Source: Octopus vulgaris
Lineage: Eukaryota
Length of the DNA: 64,000 nt
Direction of reading: 5' to 3'
Assembly (NCBI GenBank): GCA_951406725.2
Contig: OX597833.1
Location: 66,092,001 to 66,156,000, forward strand
Every line of letters starts with the position of its first letter. Position 1 is the first letter of the stretch. This document shows positions 15,639 through 28,913 of this stretch, one piece after another. Made by a program: the position numbers and the translations under genes. The notes beneath the pieces are model-generated. The model saw only the letters and a program-made list of their open reading frames with translations, searched no databases and was not told the origin of the DNA.

Positions 15639-15964
15639 AATTATATTATATACAAACAGCCTATTTTATATATTGCAATAAGGTATGTTATACCTTTCAA
15701 CAAAACAGTGCACGTATTTCGGTAACATATACCTTTACAATAAGACTCGTATAAGACGACTGTCTATGGCTAGCAAAGCAGAGGTTAAACCTGCTATCAG
15801 ACGTATAAATGACCCCTATTTTTTGTGGAAATATTTTTTTAAAGTTACGCCCTTTCTTCTTGGTCTAATATTTGGTGTGTACATACAATCCCCACCCAAC
15901 CACACACACATACACATATTTTCTCATACATATGTATGTGTGGGAGCGAGAGTATAAACACATT

Positions 15965-16018
<54 letters not shown>

Positions 16019-16031
16019 TAGATAGATATAC

Positions 16032-16063
<32 letters not shown>

Positions 16064-16151
16064 GTATGTGTGTGTATATATATATATATATACACGTACA
16101 AGCACATCACATACGCATTTCTATACACAATATGAATGTGTATGTGTGTAT

Positions 16152-16215
<64 letters not shown>

Positions 16216-16477
16216 GTGTGTGCATATATATACATATATATGTATGCATGTATGTATATACATGTATATATACAAACACACATACACATACATGCATAGA
16301 AACATACATATATCATACAAGGAGGATCTTATTGAACGCAGTGTGGAAAAATATTCCCATTTAATTGAAATCTTCCTTTTAGATGGTGGAAAAAATGAAA
16401 TCGGGTTTCGAACATAATATAATATAGGATATAATTACAGACATGCTTGAAAAGAAAATTTACATGCGCGTGTGTAC

Positions 16478-16509
<32 letters not shown>

Positions 16510-16562
16510 ATATATATATACATATATATACATGTATATATATGAGTGTGTGTTTGTGTACA

Positions 16563-16620
<58 letters not shown>

Positions 16621-16798
16621 TATATGTATATATATGTAAGTATGTATATATATATGTATGTGTGTATGTATAGATATATATGTGTATATATATATGTATA
16701 TGTATACATATATGTATATATAGTTGCATATTTTTTTCTAGTTTCAGCTCAGAGCTGCGGCCATGCTGATGCACCGCCGTTTATATACATTAGATATA

Positions 16799-16841
<43 letters not shown>

Positions 16842-16848
16842 TAAATAG

Positions 16849-17075
<227 letters not shown>

Positions 17076-17489
17076 TATATATTCTATCACCTCCGGACAC
17101 GAATGTGTGCCTGGTAGTCAAACGTTTATGCACTTATAAAAATCTATGGAGAAATGATATCTTACCAGCAGCATAATAATTGATAGTTTCAAAAAAATAT
17201 TCCCTCATAATTTAGTCGTAAATCCTATAATTATTTCCTAACTGTTCGTTTCTGTAAGCTGGTTGAAATTTCTATTTTTAATGGTAGATTTCAGTAAATC
17301 AAGTAGTTTTTGCGAAGTATTTTCAAATATATTCAGTGTATTTCTGGTCTTAATGTTTCAGTCCTTTTTCTCTATATATTTCCGGTTTTGATAGCATGAT
17401 GTGAAATGTAGTCAAGTCTCTCTTTCTCTCTCTCTCGTATCTTCTTTTACTGATGCGGTGCCATGCGCTCATATATTTCCATGTAAGAA

Positions 17490-17701
17490 GGCCGCGAGCT
17501 GGCAGAAACCTTAGCACGCCGGACGAAATGCGTAGCCGTATTTCGTCTGTCGTTACGCTCCGAGTTCAAATTCCGCCAAGGTCGACTTTGCCTTTTATCC
17601 TTTCGGGGTCGATAAATTAAGTACCAGTTACCTACTGGGGTCGATGTAATCGACTTAATCCGTTTGTCTGTCCTCGTTTGTCCCCTCTATGTTTAGCCCC
17701 C
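17490..17701 (+). mobile_element. Family-A SINE, 3'-truncated by an adjacent element
   Basis: Matches 716-946 up to tatgtttagcccc. Confidence 0.9.
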
Positions 17702-17871
17702 TTTTGACAAATTAAATTTTTTGACAAATTAAATTTAAATGTTGAAGTGAATCTAACGGTTTTTGTGTGTTTCTTAAATGGCTTATAAACACCTTCCACG
17801 CTGCAATTGTTTTCGTTCCAGCACACGATCTCAGATCAGGTCACTTGCTATGCAAGTACATCTCCGTAATT
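17702..17871 (+). mobile_element. Single-arm copy of the 56465-56834 fold-back family
   Basis: tgacaaattaaatttaaatgttgaagtgaatc...tacatctccgtaatt matches 56745-56834 and the reverse complement of 56465-56614. Confidence 0.9.
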
Positions 17872-18024
17872 CAGTTTATTTCATAGTTCTTTAATAAAGG
17901 TCACTGTAATTTTTCAGGTAAATAAAACCCAATCGATGCTCCAAAGTAGAGAGCCATAAATACATTCACATATGAATACATACATATACACACATGTGCT
18001 GATAAAAACGTTGGGGGTGGAATA

Positions 18025-18323
18025 AAGTAGAAACTCGGTTTACGTATTTAATTTGTCTCTGAAGGCCGTTCGTCATCTGAAATGTTCGTAAACTGAAACT
18101 ATTTCTCCCATAAGAAGTTCAAGAAAAAACACAACGAATTCACGCAGAGATATGTACTGATCTCTCCCGCCGATACTCTTAGCTTGTTGCCAACCGTTGT
18201 TGCCGACTTGGGTGTTCGTTATTCGAAACACCATTCGTCCTCCCGAGACGATTTTCGTTCGTAAAATTGTTCGTTAACCGATTTGTTTGTGATGAGAGGC
18301 GTCCGTATACCGAGGTTCCACTG
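18025..18323. mobile_element. Tigger/pogo-like MITE (Tc1/mariner superfamily)
   Basis: Imperfect TIRs aagtagaaactcggtttacg / cgtataccgaggttccactg; TA on the left flank. Confidence 0.6.
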
Positions 18324-18593
18324 CATATATATATATATATATATATACATAAACATATTAATCTACTCGACGGTCTTCCGAAAAGTTTATGCCTGCCAAA
18401 TTAGTGAACATACCCCAAGACTTGAATACGGTGAAATATCTCACATACTGCGATCGAACCGGGAACCAGGCAGTGACAAAACTGGTTTACTTGGCAGCCA
18501 TATTGCGTCATCATATCTAAACAAAATAGATCATTTTTATGTAGGAGCATACACAGCACTAAATATATCATATCTATATATATGTGTATATAT

Positions 18594-18699
<106 letters not shown>

Positions 18700-18786
18700 G
18701 TTATTGTACATACACATATATATATATATGTATATATATATATGTGTATATGTATGTATATATATATATACATATATATACATATA

Positions 18787-18918
<132 letters not shown>

Positions 18919-19632
18919 CTTTTTGTTTGTCTGTCTATCAAGTTGGCAATCTAGCAAGCTAGCAAGCTGGGTATTATGGCTCTGGCTAATTTTCAAAGGA
19001 AGCGATGATGACCTCGCATGGAACGTAAATTATTGTCACGGAGACGCGTGTTGTGAAATGTAATAACCATTTAATATTGTTTATGTAAAGCAATCAAAAA
19101 CCTTTTGCATTTAAAACGCATAATGTATGCACGCATGTGCAGTCACGTAGATAATGATCTTCCTCTTTACCTTTCTCTCTCTCTTTCTCTCTCTCTCTAT
19201 CTCTCCTTCTCTTTCTCTCTCTCATTAGATATATAGATAGCGGGATAGTGAGATACATATACACATACATATGTATATATGTACATCCAAATATATTCGG
19301 ATGGATATATGTATTTACATATAATACATATAATACAAATTTACATCTATGCATTCATAGACACAGCCATACATATACATACACACACACACATACATAC
19401 ATACATACATACATACACACATACATACATACATACATACATACATACATACATACATACATACATACATACATACATACATAGAAAAACGCATATGGAA
19501 TCATTTTCTGTGCTTTAATGGATTCATTACATATAGCTTTCATTTCTCCTTCTCTCCCTCTCTCCCTCTCTCCCTCTCTCTCTCTCTCTCTTTCTTTTGC
19601 TATAGAAGCCCATTGTGCGCGTACACACACAT

Positions 19633-19667
<35 letters not shown>

Positions 19668-20215
19668 AGGCGCATGGCTTAGTGGTTAAGGTGTTGCACT
19701 CACGATTGTTAGATCGTGGGTTCGATTCCCAGACCGGGCGTTGCGTTGTGTTCTTGAGCGAAGCACTGAATTCCACGTTTGCTCTGCGATCACTTCGACA
19801 TATGTCATGTGGCACCCAGTTACACCTGTACAGGTAATGTCAATTTGATAGAAGGAGTAAGCTTATGTCTACACAAAACATTTGATCACTATAAACAAAT
19901 CACCTGTGTGGTTGTTCGGTAAGAAATTGTCGAACACTCATACGCCGTCTAACGAAGGAAGAGTCCATTATATATGTATATATGTATATATCTGTGTCTG
20001 TGTGTCTTTGTGTGATTTTGACTCTCACTACAGATTAAACACCGGTGTTGGTTTGTTTTCGCCCCATAACTTAGCGTTTCACAAAAAAAAACTATAGAAT
20101 AAATTCCAGACTTAAAAAATAAGTACTGATGTCGACTTATTCCGACTTATCCCTTCAAACCGGTACTCCAGCGTGGCCTCACTCCAAAGCCTGAAACATG
20201 TAAAAGATAAAAGAT
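19668..20215 (+). mobile_element. tRNA-head CORE-like SINE followed by a degenerate family-B 3' half
   Basis: A box tggcttagtgg, B box ggttcgattccc, then ttgtgttcttgagc. After a microsatellite comes the family-B-like ...cccataacttagcg...ctccagcgtggcc...tgaaacatgtaaaaga. Confidence 0.7.
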
Positions 20216-20441
20216 TAGAGATATTCATAACGATACGAAATCAATAAGATATACACCTACTCCATTGGACAGATCAAAATTTAGTCTTATCCAGGTATTT
20301 TTCCAGTAATCTACAGTTTATAACCAATATTCCAGATCCGTGGGTAGATGTTATATTTGTGTGAAGAATGCCTAAGAGTTGGAAATGCTAGAAAATATTT
20401 TATGCAGAATAATAATATCAACACAGGAGATTGGAAAAATT

Positions 20442-20925
20442 TCCAGAATTATTTATTCACCATTACACGTGTTTCATTTGCTAATAGGCGTTACAAAATT
20501 GTACAAGTGGTATAAAACATGTAAGATTGAGAGTTATATGATATTCTCCGTCTGAGGAATTTCTAATAGGTGACATCTTACATGCTTCTACTACATGTAC
20601 AATTTTGTAACACCTATTGGCAAATGCGTGGTTTAGTGGTTAGGGTGTCAGCATCATGATCGTAAGATTGTGGTTTTGATTCCTGGACCGGGCGACGCGT
20701 TGTGTTCTTGAGCAGAACACTTCACTTCACGTTACTCCAGTCCATTCAGCTGGCAAAAATGAGTAACGCTGCGAGGGACTGGCATCCCGTCCAGCTGGGG
20801 AACACATACGCCATTGAAACCGGGAAACCGGGCCCATGAGCCTGGCTAGGCTTTACAAAGGCGCATTTATTTATTTTTTTATTAGCAAATGAAATGTGCG
20901 TAATGGCGAATAAATAATAATTGGA
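20442..20925. mobile_element. Fold-back element with hammerhead 3' halves on both arms, interrupted by a SINE
   Basis: Arms 20442-20528 and 20576-20626 plus 20881-20925 are reverse complements. GAAAC-ACGU-GUA is on - at 20464-20475; a decayed gaaatgtgcgta is on + at 20891-20902. Confidence 0.65.
20626..20880 (+). mobile_element. tRNA-head SINE with CORE-like and V/Meta-like domain (family D)
   Basis: A/B boxes, ttgtgttcttgagc, ctgcgagggactggcatcccgtccag...gaaaccggg, (ATTT) tail. TSD att(g/a)gcaaatg. A second copy lies at 40722-40965. Confidence 0.85.
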
Positions 20926-21077
20926 ACAAAAATTGTTCCAATCACCTCTTTGCTGCAATATTTCCAAATATGATTTTAAACGTACTTTATTTTGCATCAC
21001 ATCTTTGTCTTATTCATTGACCGCGTGGCAGTATATTCATCACCTCTGTCCACGATCCAACACGGGATCCTCTACGT

Positions 21078-21255
21078 CAGGGGTTCCCGACCCTCTTGGG
21101 GGGTCGCGAAGCCTCGGCAGGGTGAGGGATGCGTAGCCTTGCTAGAAGTGGCTTGGGATAATATTAATTTCAGCTATCAACTGATAGTAAGGGGTCGCAT
21201 GGGTTTCAAGCTTTTGGGTAAGGGGTCGTGAGTGCAAAAACATTGAGAACCGCTG
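21078..21255. mobile_element. hAT (Charlie-type) MITE
   Basis: TIRs caggggttcccga / ttgagaaccgctg; perfect 8-bp TSD CTCTACGT (21070-21077, 21256-21263). Confidence 0.85.
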
Positions 21256-21589
21256 CTCTACGTGGTGATATGTCCTGCTAGAAATAGCAACCAAATTTAT
21301 CTAAAATCACACCGCAGGCCAAGTGGTTAGGTGTTCGATTCCCGTAAGCAAAAATACTTCATTTTCACGTTGCTCCTAGTGTTATGCCAAAGAACAAAGC
21401 CAACGTGACATTTTCTCTCCGACCTCGTAAAACCCTCACCAGCAACGACTACCCAAACAAACCCGCGGTTTTTGAGGGTTATCACCCGAATGGAGCAGAA
21501 GCGCCATCTACCAGGAGTAGTTGGACGGAAATCACGAACAAAAACTGGATGCAGTGATATGCTGTTACAGCGCATGCTTCCTGCTGCTG

Positions 21590-21626
<37 letters not shown>

Positions 21627-22416
21627 CACTACTACTACCACCACCACTACTACTATTTCTACTAACCTACCACCACAACCATTGCTACTACTGCTACTAC
21701 TACTACTACTGCCAGCAAAACTACTACCACCACCACCACCGCTACTACTACTACTACTACCACCACCACAACCACCACCACTATCACCACAGCAACAATA
21801 ACCACCACCACTACTACTACTACGATTAATAGTACTACTACTTCTACTATTACTACTGCTGCTGCTGCTACTACTACTACTACACCGCATACTGGATTGT
21901 GTTGTAATGTGGACCTCAGTAGCCAACACACTGGAAAAAGCAAAATGGCGGTATTGTTACGGCTAGAATTGCCTTCAGTCATAGATTTCGTCTTTAACGG
22001 TTGATTTGGTACGAAACTACAATGCTAACAAGAACAACAACAACAACAACAACAACCACAACGTCTCTAAGTAAATCATAACACACAATTCTCCTCATAC
22101 AAACCACCGCCATGACCACCACCACCACCACCACCCCGCCGCCTTTTTCTTTGTCGATATTCGCCCTCTCATTTATTTCTCGGTGCTGGTAGCATAGCGA
22201 TAAAGTTTATATAATTACTCTTTTGTAATCGTTCGGCAATAGTGTCGTGCGTCTCGCAGGCATCGGTCGGTGAGATTACGTAATTGTAATATGGGGGAAA
22301 AGAGCCTAACGGGAAAAGATAGTTTAAATTCATTTAACAGGTTATGAAGAAAGGAGGGGGAAGGGGAGGAGGAGAAGAAGAAGAAGAAGAAGAAGAAGAA
22401 GAAGAAGAAGAAGAAG

Positions 22417-22448
<32 letters not shown>

Positions 22449-22550
22449 CTGAAAGAAATAGAGACTTGAGAACAGTGCAGACAGTTTTCGAATGTCGTAT
22501 AGTATTTCTCAGACAACACCTGCTGAACGACCACAGGAACAGACAATATA

Positions 22551-22632
<82 letters not shown>

Positions 22633-22640
22633 CACACAAG

Positions 22641-22705
<65 letters not shown>

Positions 22706-22834
22706 CGTGGCTAATTCGCAATTTCACAACCTAAAGGCAGAAATGATATATACGACACTAAAGTGAACAAAGGCAGATACTATATATATATTTTTCCTAG
22801 TTTCAGCTCAGAGCTGCGGCCATGCTGATGCATA

Positions 22835-22913
<79 letters not shown>

Positions 22914-23107
22914 CATATAATTTGCCTAATAGTGGTTTTATCTCTATAATATTATATAACTTATTTTCACGTTTTATTTACAATCTTATAATGATATATT
23001 ATAAGATAATATATTATAATTGAATAAAATAAATGAAATAGTAGAATGTTAAATATTCATAATTGAACTAGTACTTTCATGGAATTTTCTTCGGGTTCAT
23101 CTCATAA

Positions 23108-23150
<43 letters not shown>

Positions 23151-23223
23151 CACAAATACATACATACATGCATACATGCATACATACATACATACATACA
23201 TACATACATAAATACATATATAC

Positions 23224-23254
<31 letters not shown>

Positions 23255-23329
23255 CATACATACATACATACATACATACATACATACATAAATGCATATG
23301 TGTGTATATGAGAGAGAGAGAAATTACCG

Positions 23330-24340
23330 CTGAAAAGCGATGAGAACTCGTTGTCAATGGTTCTTTCCCAGAACTCTCTTCCCGATGACCTCGCATGCAA
23401 CCCCAAAATGGCTGGACATACATATCTCAAAGAAGACGGTGATGTGAAACTCTTAACATACCAAAACAATGATCATGTTTGGGAATGTTTCATGAAGACT
23501 CGAAGATCACAGCTATATCGATGTGAAGTGCAGTCTCTTGCGGACCCACGATCGCTACATCACGTCTTATCCTGAAAGCTATATGTTTGCAATCCAATAG
23601 CAGGAAGTTAACAAAAAACTAAAATACAAGTAACAGTGAAGTCCCTGGAGTCCCAGGATGCAACCGAAAATATAGATCACATCACATTTCTACAGAAGAC
23701 GTCACACATGTAATCAGCAGCTGCTCAGAAATATCATCATGTTTCTATCTCCCAATGAGACAGGATTCTGTCTATAGAAAGCCATCTGGTTAAAAAGCTG
23801 CCCCACGATAAACATAGTAGAGAGTGTCCTTGGTATTCTATACATATATAAAGATCGACACAAGGAATATAGGCGGAACATGCCCATTAAAACTTCTATC
23901 ATGTGCAAACGTAACACGCTGGATATCGTTGTTTGGGACAGACAGATATAAAAGTATGTACCGTCATAGAGGTTAGCTTACCTGCTGCTGTGAATATTTC
24001 TCCGAAAATCAAAGAGGAATAGGATAACGACGAACAACTGGTTCGAAATCGTTAGATTCTACACTCAGATTATTAATTTTTATATCAATAATAACTGGTA
24101 CGCTTGGTTTTGTTAGTAAATGCCTATGGCAATCTGGAAAAGCTAAAGTTTTGCAGAAGAATGAAATAAACCAGCTTATATGCACATTACAAATGCAAGC
24201 TGTAAGTGGAACAGTAAAAATATGTGAGACTTATTTCAAGTTCAACATATGACAGTAATTTTGTTATCTTACATTCCGACAATGGGGTTTTGTGTCTTTC
24301 TATGAAACCAGCTCCTTCCTGACATGAAAACTTCGAATAA
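23330..24340 (+). pseudogene. Decayed 3' part of an RLE-type non-LTR retrotransposon (R4/Dong-like)
   Basis: Manual translation: zinc-knuckle region EDVTHVISSCSEISSCFYLPMRQD; RLE motifs PIKTSIMCKRNTLDIVVWDR and VCTVIEVS; C-terminus LQMQAVSGTVKICETYFKFNI* at 24252. Many stops and frameshifts. Confidence 0.8.
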
Positions 24341-24463
24341 TTAAATATAGAAGAAAATACACATATATGCACATTTGTAGCAAACATCTTTGACATATGT
24401 GTGTATATGTATGTGAATTTCTGTTTCTACAAAACAATTTATATGCATATACATAAGATATAC

Positions 24464-24523
<60 letters not shown>

Positions 24524-25052
24524 AAAGTAAGGTCTTGTTGCTTGATGTTCGTGAATGTTGACGCAAACATATGTACAACTATACACATTAACCCATGTGT
24601 GCATGTATATATACACACATAAACGAATACATAAGTAGGTATGTGTGTGTCTGCATGTGTATGTGTGTGTGTGCATGTGTGTATAGATACACACACTCGC
24701 GCACTCACGTGTACACACTCACACACATATATATATACATGCACGTACATATATATGTGAATGTGTGAGAGAGAGAGAGAGACGTGTCTGTAAGTGTGTG
24801 TGTGTCTGTGTGTGTGTGCGCGTGTTCTGACAGAGATGTCTGTATACACATACATGCATATTCACACAAATACACACACACACACACAATACACACCACG
24901 CACACACACATATATACAAACTCACAGAAACACTGCGTGAAACATATATATATGAATATATACATATATGCATATGTGTGTGTATATAGAGACGTATGTA
25001 AGTAGAGTGAGAGAGTGAGAGAGAGAGAGAGAGAGGAAAATAAAGTGAAGAG

Positions 25053-25090
<38 letters not shown>

Positions 25091-25307
25091 TATATATATA
25101 TAGAGAGAGACAGGCATACAGAGAGAGAGCAGAGAGAGATGTATGTATATATATATATATATATGTATGTATATGTTGATATATATATTTTTGTATGTGT
25201 GCATATACATATAAATGCATATATATATATATATATATTCATACATATATATACATATATATATATATCAATTTGTATATATATATTTATATTTATATAT
25301 ACATATA

Positions 25308-25371
<64 letters not shown>

Positions 25372-25621
25372 ATAGTCGTGTACATAATAAGACCATATAT
25401 GTATATGCATCTTATTTCCAAAATATAATTTCATATTGCCACGTTTAAGATAATTGATATGGATGTTAAACGCTAAGAACTATAATTGAATTCAAAGCCG
25501 AGCATTAAGCACGTCACTGTTAGATATTTTAATAAGAAATATATTATTTAATAAAAAAAAATAATAAGTAATAAATACAAAATAATAAATACAAAACAAT
25601 AATAATAATAATAATAATGAC

Positions 25622-25728
<107 letters not shown>

Positions 25729-25744
25729 TGATGATGGTGATGAT

Positions 25745-25775
<31 letters not shown>

Positions 25776-26434
25776 TTAATAATAATGAATACGAAATCGT
25801 TATGAGATGTTATATATATTTGCGTATTTTTATTTGACAGCCAAAATATAATCATTTTCTATTTCACTGAAAATGAAATTTTTCCAACTTATTTAAATAT
25901 TATTTCAAAACAAATATTTCAACATAATTTTTCTATTATTACTTTTATTTTGTATTTTTTGTTTTTTTCTTTTTCCTTAATTTTTTTTTGTTTTGCTTTT
26001 TTAGGTTTTTGAGTTTTTGTTTTTGTTTTTTTTTCTTTTTCTCTTTTGTTTTGTGTCTTTGGGTGTTTTTCTTAAGATTTGATGTCGTCGTCATCATCGT
26101 CGTTGTTGTCATCGTTGTGTTTGCTGTTTATCTTTCTCATATCCTGTCAGATCTGAATCTAACAGGCTTATGATCAAAAGCATTTCCAACCGTGACCAGT
26201 GTTTTTCATTTTTCCATTTTCCATTTTTCCATTTTTTTTTTTCGTTACGTCATCCGACTTCAGTGTACCTTGAAAAAGGATTGCTCAATGTAACTCCTTT
26301 TTATTGTTTTTTTTTATTATTGTTACTATTTATATACTTATGCCCCAGCATGGCCGCAGTCTAATGACTGAAACTAGTAAAATATAAAAGATAAGATGTC
26401 CCTTTTGTTTGTCTTTTGTGTGTGTCGGTTAGAC

Positions 26435-26736
26435 CAGTGGTTCCCAAAGTCGGCGGTAACCGCCCCTCTGGGGTTGTCGAAAGATCCAGGTGGGCGTTGA
26501 AGAAAAATGGGGCGATAATGAAGTGACCAAGACCGGGTTGCGTGGATGTTCTTGAAAAAAACAATGGATGTAAAAAATAAAGGGTTAATTGGGTTTAGTT
26601 TAATTTGTGAAATACCGTCGTTTTGAATTTGCTGCAGAGTATGGTCTATGTCCGCGATGGTGATTGGGAGGCGGGGCACTGGGAATGTGGCCTTAAAACC
26701 AAGGGAGCGGCACCCTGAAAACGTTTAAGAATCTAA
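26435..26736. mobile_element. hAT-type MITE, degenerate
   Basis: Left TIR cagtggttcccaaa; 8-bp TSD ggttagac / agttagac; right TIR decayed. Confidence 0.6.
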
Positions 26737-26877
26737 AGTTAGACTATAGGCGGTCTTTGTCTGCTAGCGATGTTGCAGGCACCTAAAAATTTAAAGAAAC
26801 AATCGTACATGCTAGCAATTCCTTCACTTTTGCATAGCCCTGTGTTGTACAGATTTCGACTTCTTACATCCTTTCTC

Positions 26878-27120
26878 TTTTACTTTTATTTGTTTTAGTC
26901 ATTAGATTTTGGCCATGCTGGGGCACTGCCTTGATAGGTTTAAGTGAGTAAATTAACCCCAATACTAATTTTTTAATTTTTAAAAATTTTATTTATTTAT
27001 AATTATTTTTTAAAGTCTGGTACTAATTCTAATGGTGTCTTTTGTCGAACCGGTAAGTTAGAGAAACGTAAACAAACCAGCCCCGCTGGTCAAGCGGTGT
27101 AGGGAGACAAACACAAAAGC
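26878..27120 (-). mobile_element. Family-B SINE 3' half, degenerate
   Basis: cttttatttgttttagtcatt...ggccatgctggggcactgcc...aacgtaaacaaaccag matches the family-B tail. Confidence 0.7.
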
Positions 27121-27513
27121 ACAAACACACACGCATGCACGCGCACATGCACATACACATACATTTGTATTTTTGTGTATGTATGCATGTATGTATGTAT
27201 GTATGTATGTATGTGTGTATGTGTGTATGTGTGTATGTATGTATGTATGTATGTATGTATGCAAGTATGTATGTGTGTGTGTGTATGTATGTATGTATGT
27301 ATGTATGTATGTGTAAATTGTTTGAAGTGGTGTATAGATTTTATATATTTAAAAAAAATGGAGGAAGTCAGCGGTATGGGTAATTATTCATTTTAGATGA
27401 TTATTTATTTAGCGCTTTCATCTCGTTTCCTGATGAATGTCTGAAACGATTTGAAAATGCTAAATAAATTATTATCCAAAATTCTGGCTGCCTCTTTTTT
27501 TTACATAAATATA

Positions 27514-27597
<84 letters not shown>

Positions 27598-27621
27598 CGT
27601 GTGTGTGTGTGTGTGTGTAGT

Positions 27622-27959
27622 GAAGGCGCATGGCTCAGTGGTTGGAGCGTCGAGCTTACATTCGTAAGGTTGTGAGTTAGATTCCCAGACCGGACTGCGT
27701 GTTGTGTTCTTGAGCAAGACACTTTATTTCACGTTGCTCCAGTTCACTCAGCTGTAGAAATGAGTTGTGACATCACTGGTGCCAAGCTGTATCGGCCCCT
27801 TTGCCTTTCCCTTGGATAACATCGGTGGTGTAGAGAGAGGGGAGGCTGGTATGCATAGGCGACCGCTTGTTTTCCACAAACAACCTTGCGCGGATTTGTC
27901 TCTGGGAGGGCAACTTTCTAGGTGCAATCCCATGGTCATTCATGACCGAAAGGGGTCTT
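27622..27959 (+). mobile_element. tRNA-head CORE-like SINE (family C)
   Basis: ggcgcatggctcagtgg A box, B-box-like gttagattccc, CORE-like ttgtgttcttgagcaagacacttt...cactcagctgtagaaatgag, distinct 3' part. Confidence 0.85.
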
Positions 27960-28012
27960 CATGTGTATGTGTGTGTGTGTGTATGTGTATAGTTTAGGAC
28001 AATCAGTAAGAT

Positions 28013-28082
28013 GTCATAAAAGGACTCAGAGTTTCAAATACTGGAGCCAGAGCTACGAAGTATTTTCATCGGCAATTATGAC
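28013..28082 (-). ncRNA. Type I hammerhead ribozyme (U4C core variant)
   Basis: Minus: GUCAUAAUUG CCGAUGA AAAUAC-loop-GUAUUU GAAAC UCUGA GUC^ CUUUUAUGAC. Confidence 0.7.
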
Positions 28083-28102
28083 AGTTTTTCATAGCGTCTA
28101 TT

Positions 28103-28173
28103 GTCATAATAGCCGATGAGAACGCGTTGTAGCTCTTAGGACCGGTGTTTGAAACTCTGAGTCCTATTATGAC
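28103..28173 (+). ncRNA. Type I hammerhead ribozyme (U4C core variant)
   Basis: GUCAUAAUAG CCGAUGA GAACGC-loop-GUGUUU GAAAC UCUGA GUC^ CUAUUAUGAC. Perfect 10-bp stem I and GUC cleavage triplet. Confidence 0.75.
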
Positions 28174-28336
28174 ATCTTACTGATTGTCCTAAACCATACA
28201 CATATATAATAAATTCCTCTATTTACATAATATCGAGGTCTCTTTGTTTTGATGTCATTTATTATTTTTATTATTATCATTAATTATTATTATTATTATT
28301 ATTATTATTGTTGTTGTTGTTGTTGTTGTTGTTGTT

Positions 28337-28368
<32 letters not shown>

Positions 28369-28547
28369 AGCGAATTCTGATCCAAAACATAAAAAGCATA
28401 AATTCGCTTCACGTTGTTGTTGTTTGATTTGCTAAAAGAGTTGGATTAAAATTAATTCCGTTGTCATTGTTTGTCATCAAAACTTGATTATTTATTGCAT
28501 TATCATTATAAGATATATCATCGTCATCATGGTCGTTGCCCTCATCC

Positions 28548-28578
<31 letters not shown>

Positions 28579-28681
28579 TATCATCATCATCATCATCATC
28601 ATCATAGTCGTCGTTGTCATTATCGTCATGATCATGGATATCGCCCTCATTATCACCGCCATCCTTCTCCTCCTCGTATAG

Positions 28682-28742
<61 letters not shown>

Positions 28743-28878
28743 CATACATACATACATACATACATACATACATACATAAAGTTAATCCAAACAAGAAAGC
28801 ACAAAAAAACACAACAACGCAAGGACGTGGAACAAATATAGTATTATTGGACGCTCAGGAAGGAAGGGAAGAAGGAGG

Positions 28879-28913
28879 GTTTTACGTTTCGAGCGGAGCT
28901 CTTCGTCGGAAAC
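28879..28913 (-). ncRNA. Minimal hammerhead ribozyme (U4C variant) within a ~200-bp repeat (28782-28988)
   Basis: Minus: GUUU CCGACGA A GAGC-ucc-GCUC GAAAC GUA^ AAAC; palindromic ACGU stem III. Confidence 0.65.

Larger units (their letters stand above)
27982..28260. mobile_element. Fold-back element with a complete hammerhead on each arm
   Basis: Arms 27982-28082 and 28103-28204 are reverse complements around a 20-nt spacer. Confidence 0.85.

Noticed and set aside
15705-15745. GGUA/UACC hairpin plus GAAAUACGU on minus
   Set aside because: No recognisable CUGANGA; too decayed to call.
19668-19745. tRNA-like sequence (also at 20626, 27622, 40722)
   Set aside because: A/B boxes continue into SINE bodies; these are SINE heads, not tRNA genes.
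27399-27472. CUGAUGA...GAAAC inside a small inverted repeat
   Set aside because: Only 6 nt available for stem II and a mismatched stem III; at best a collapsed remnant, so not called.
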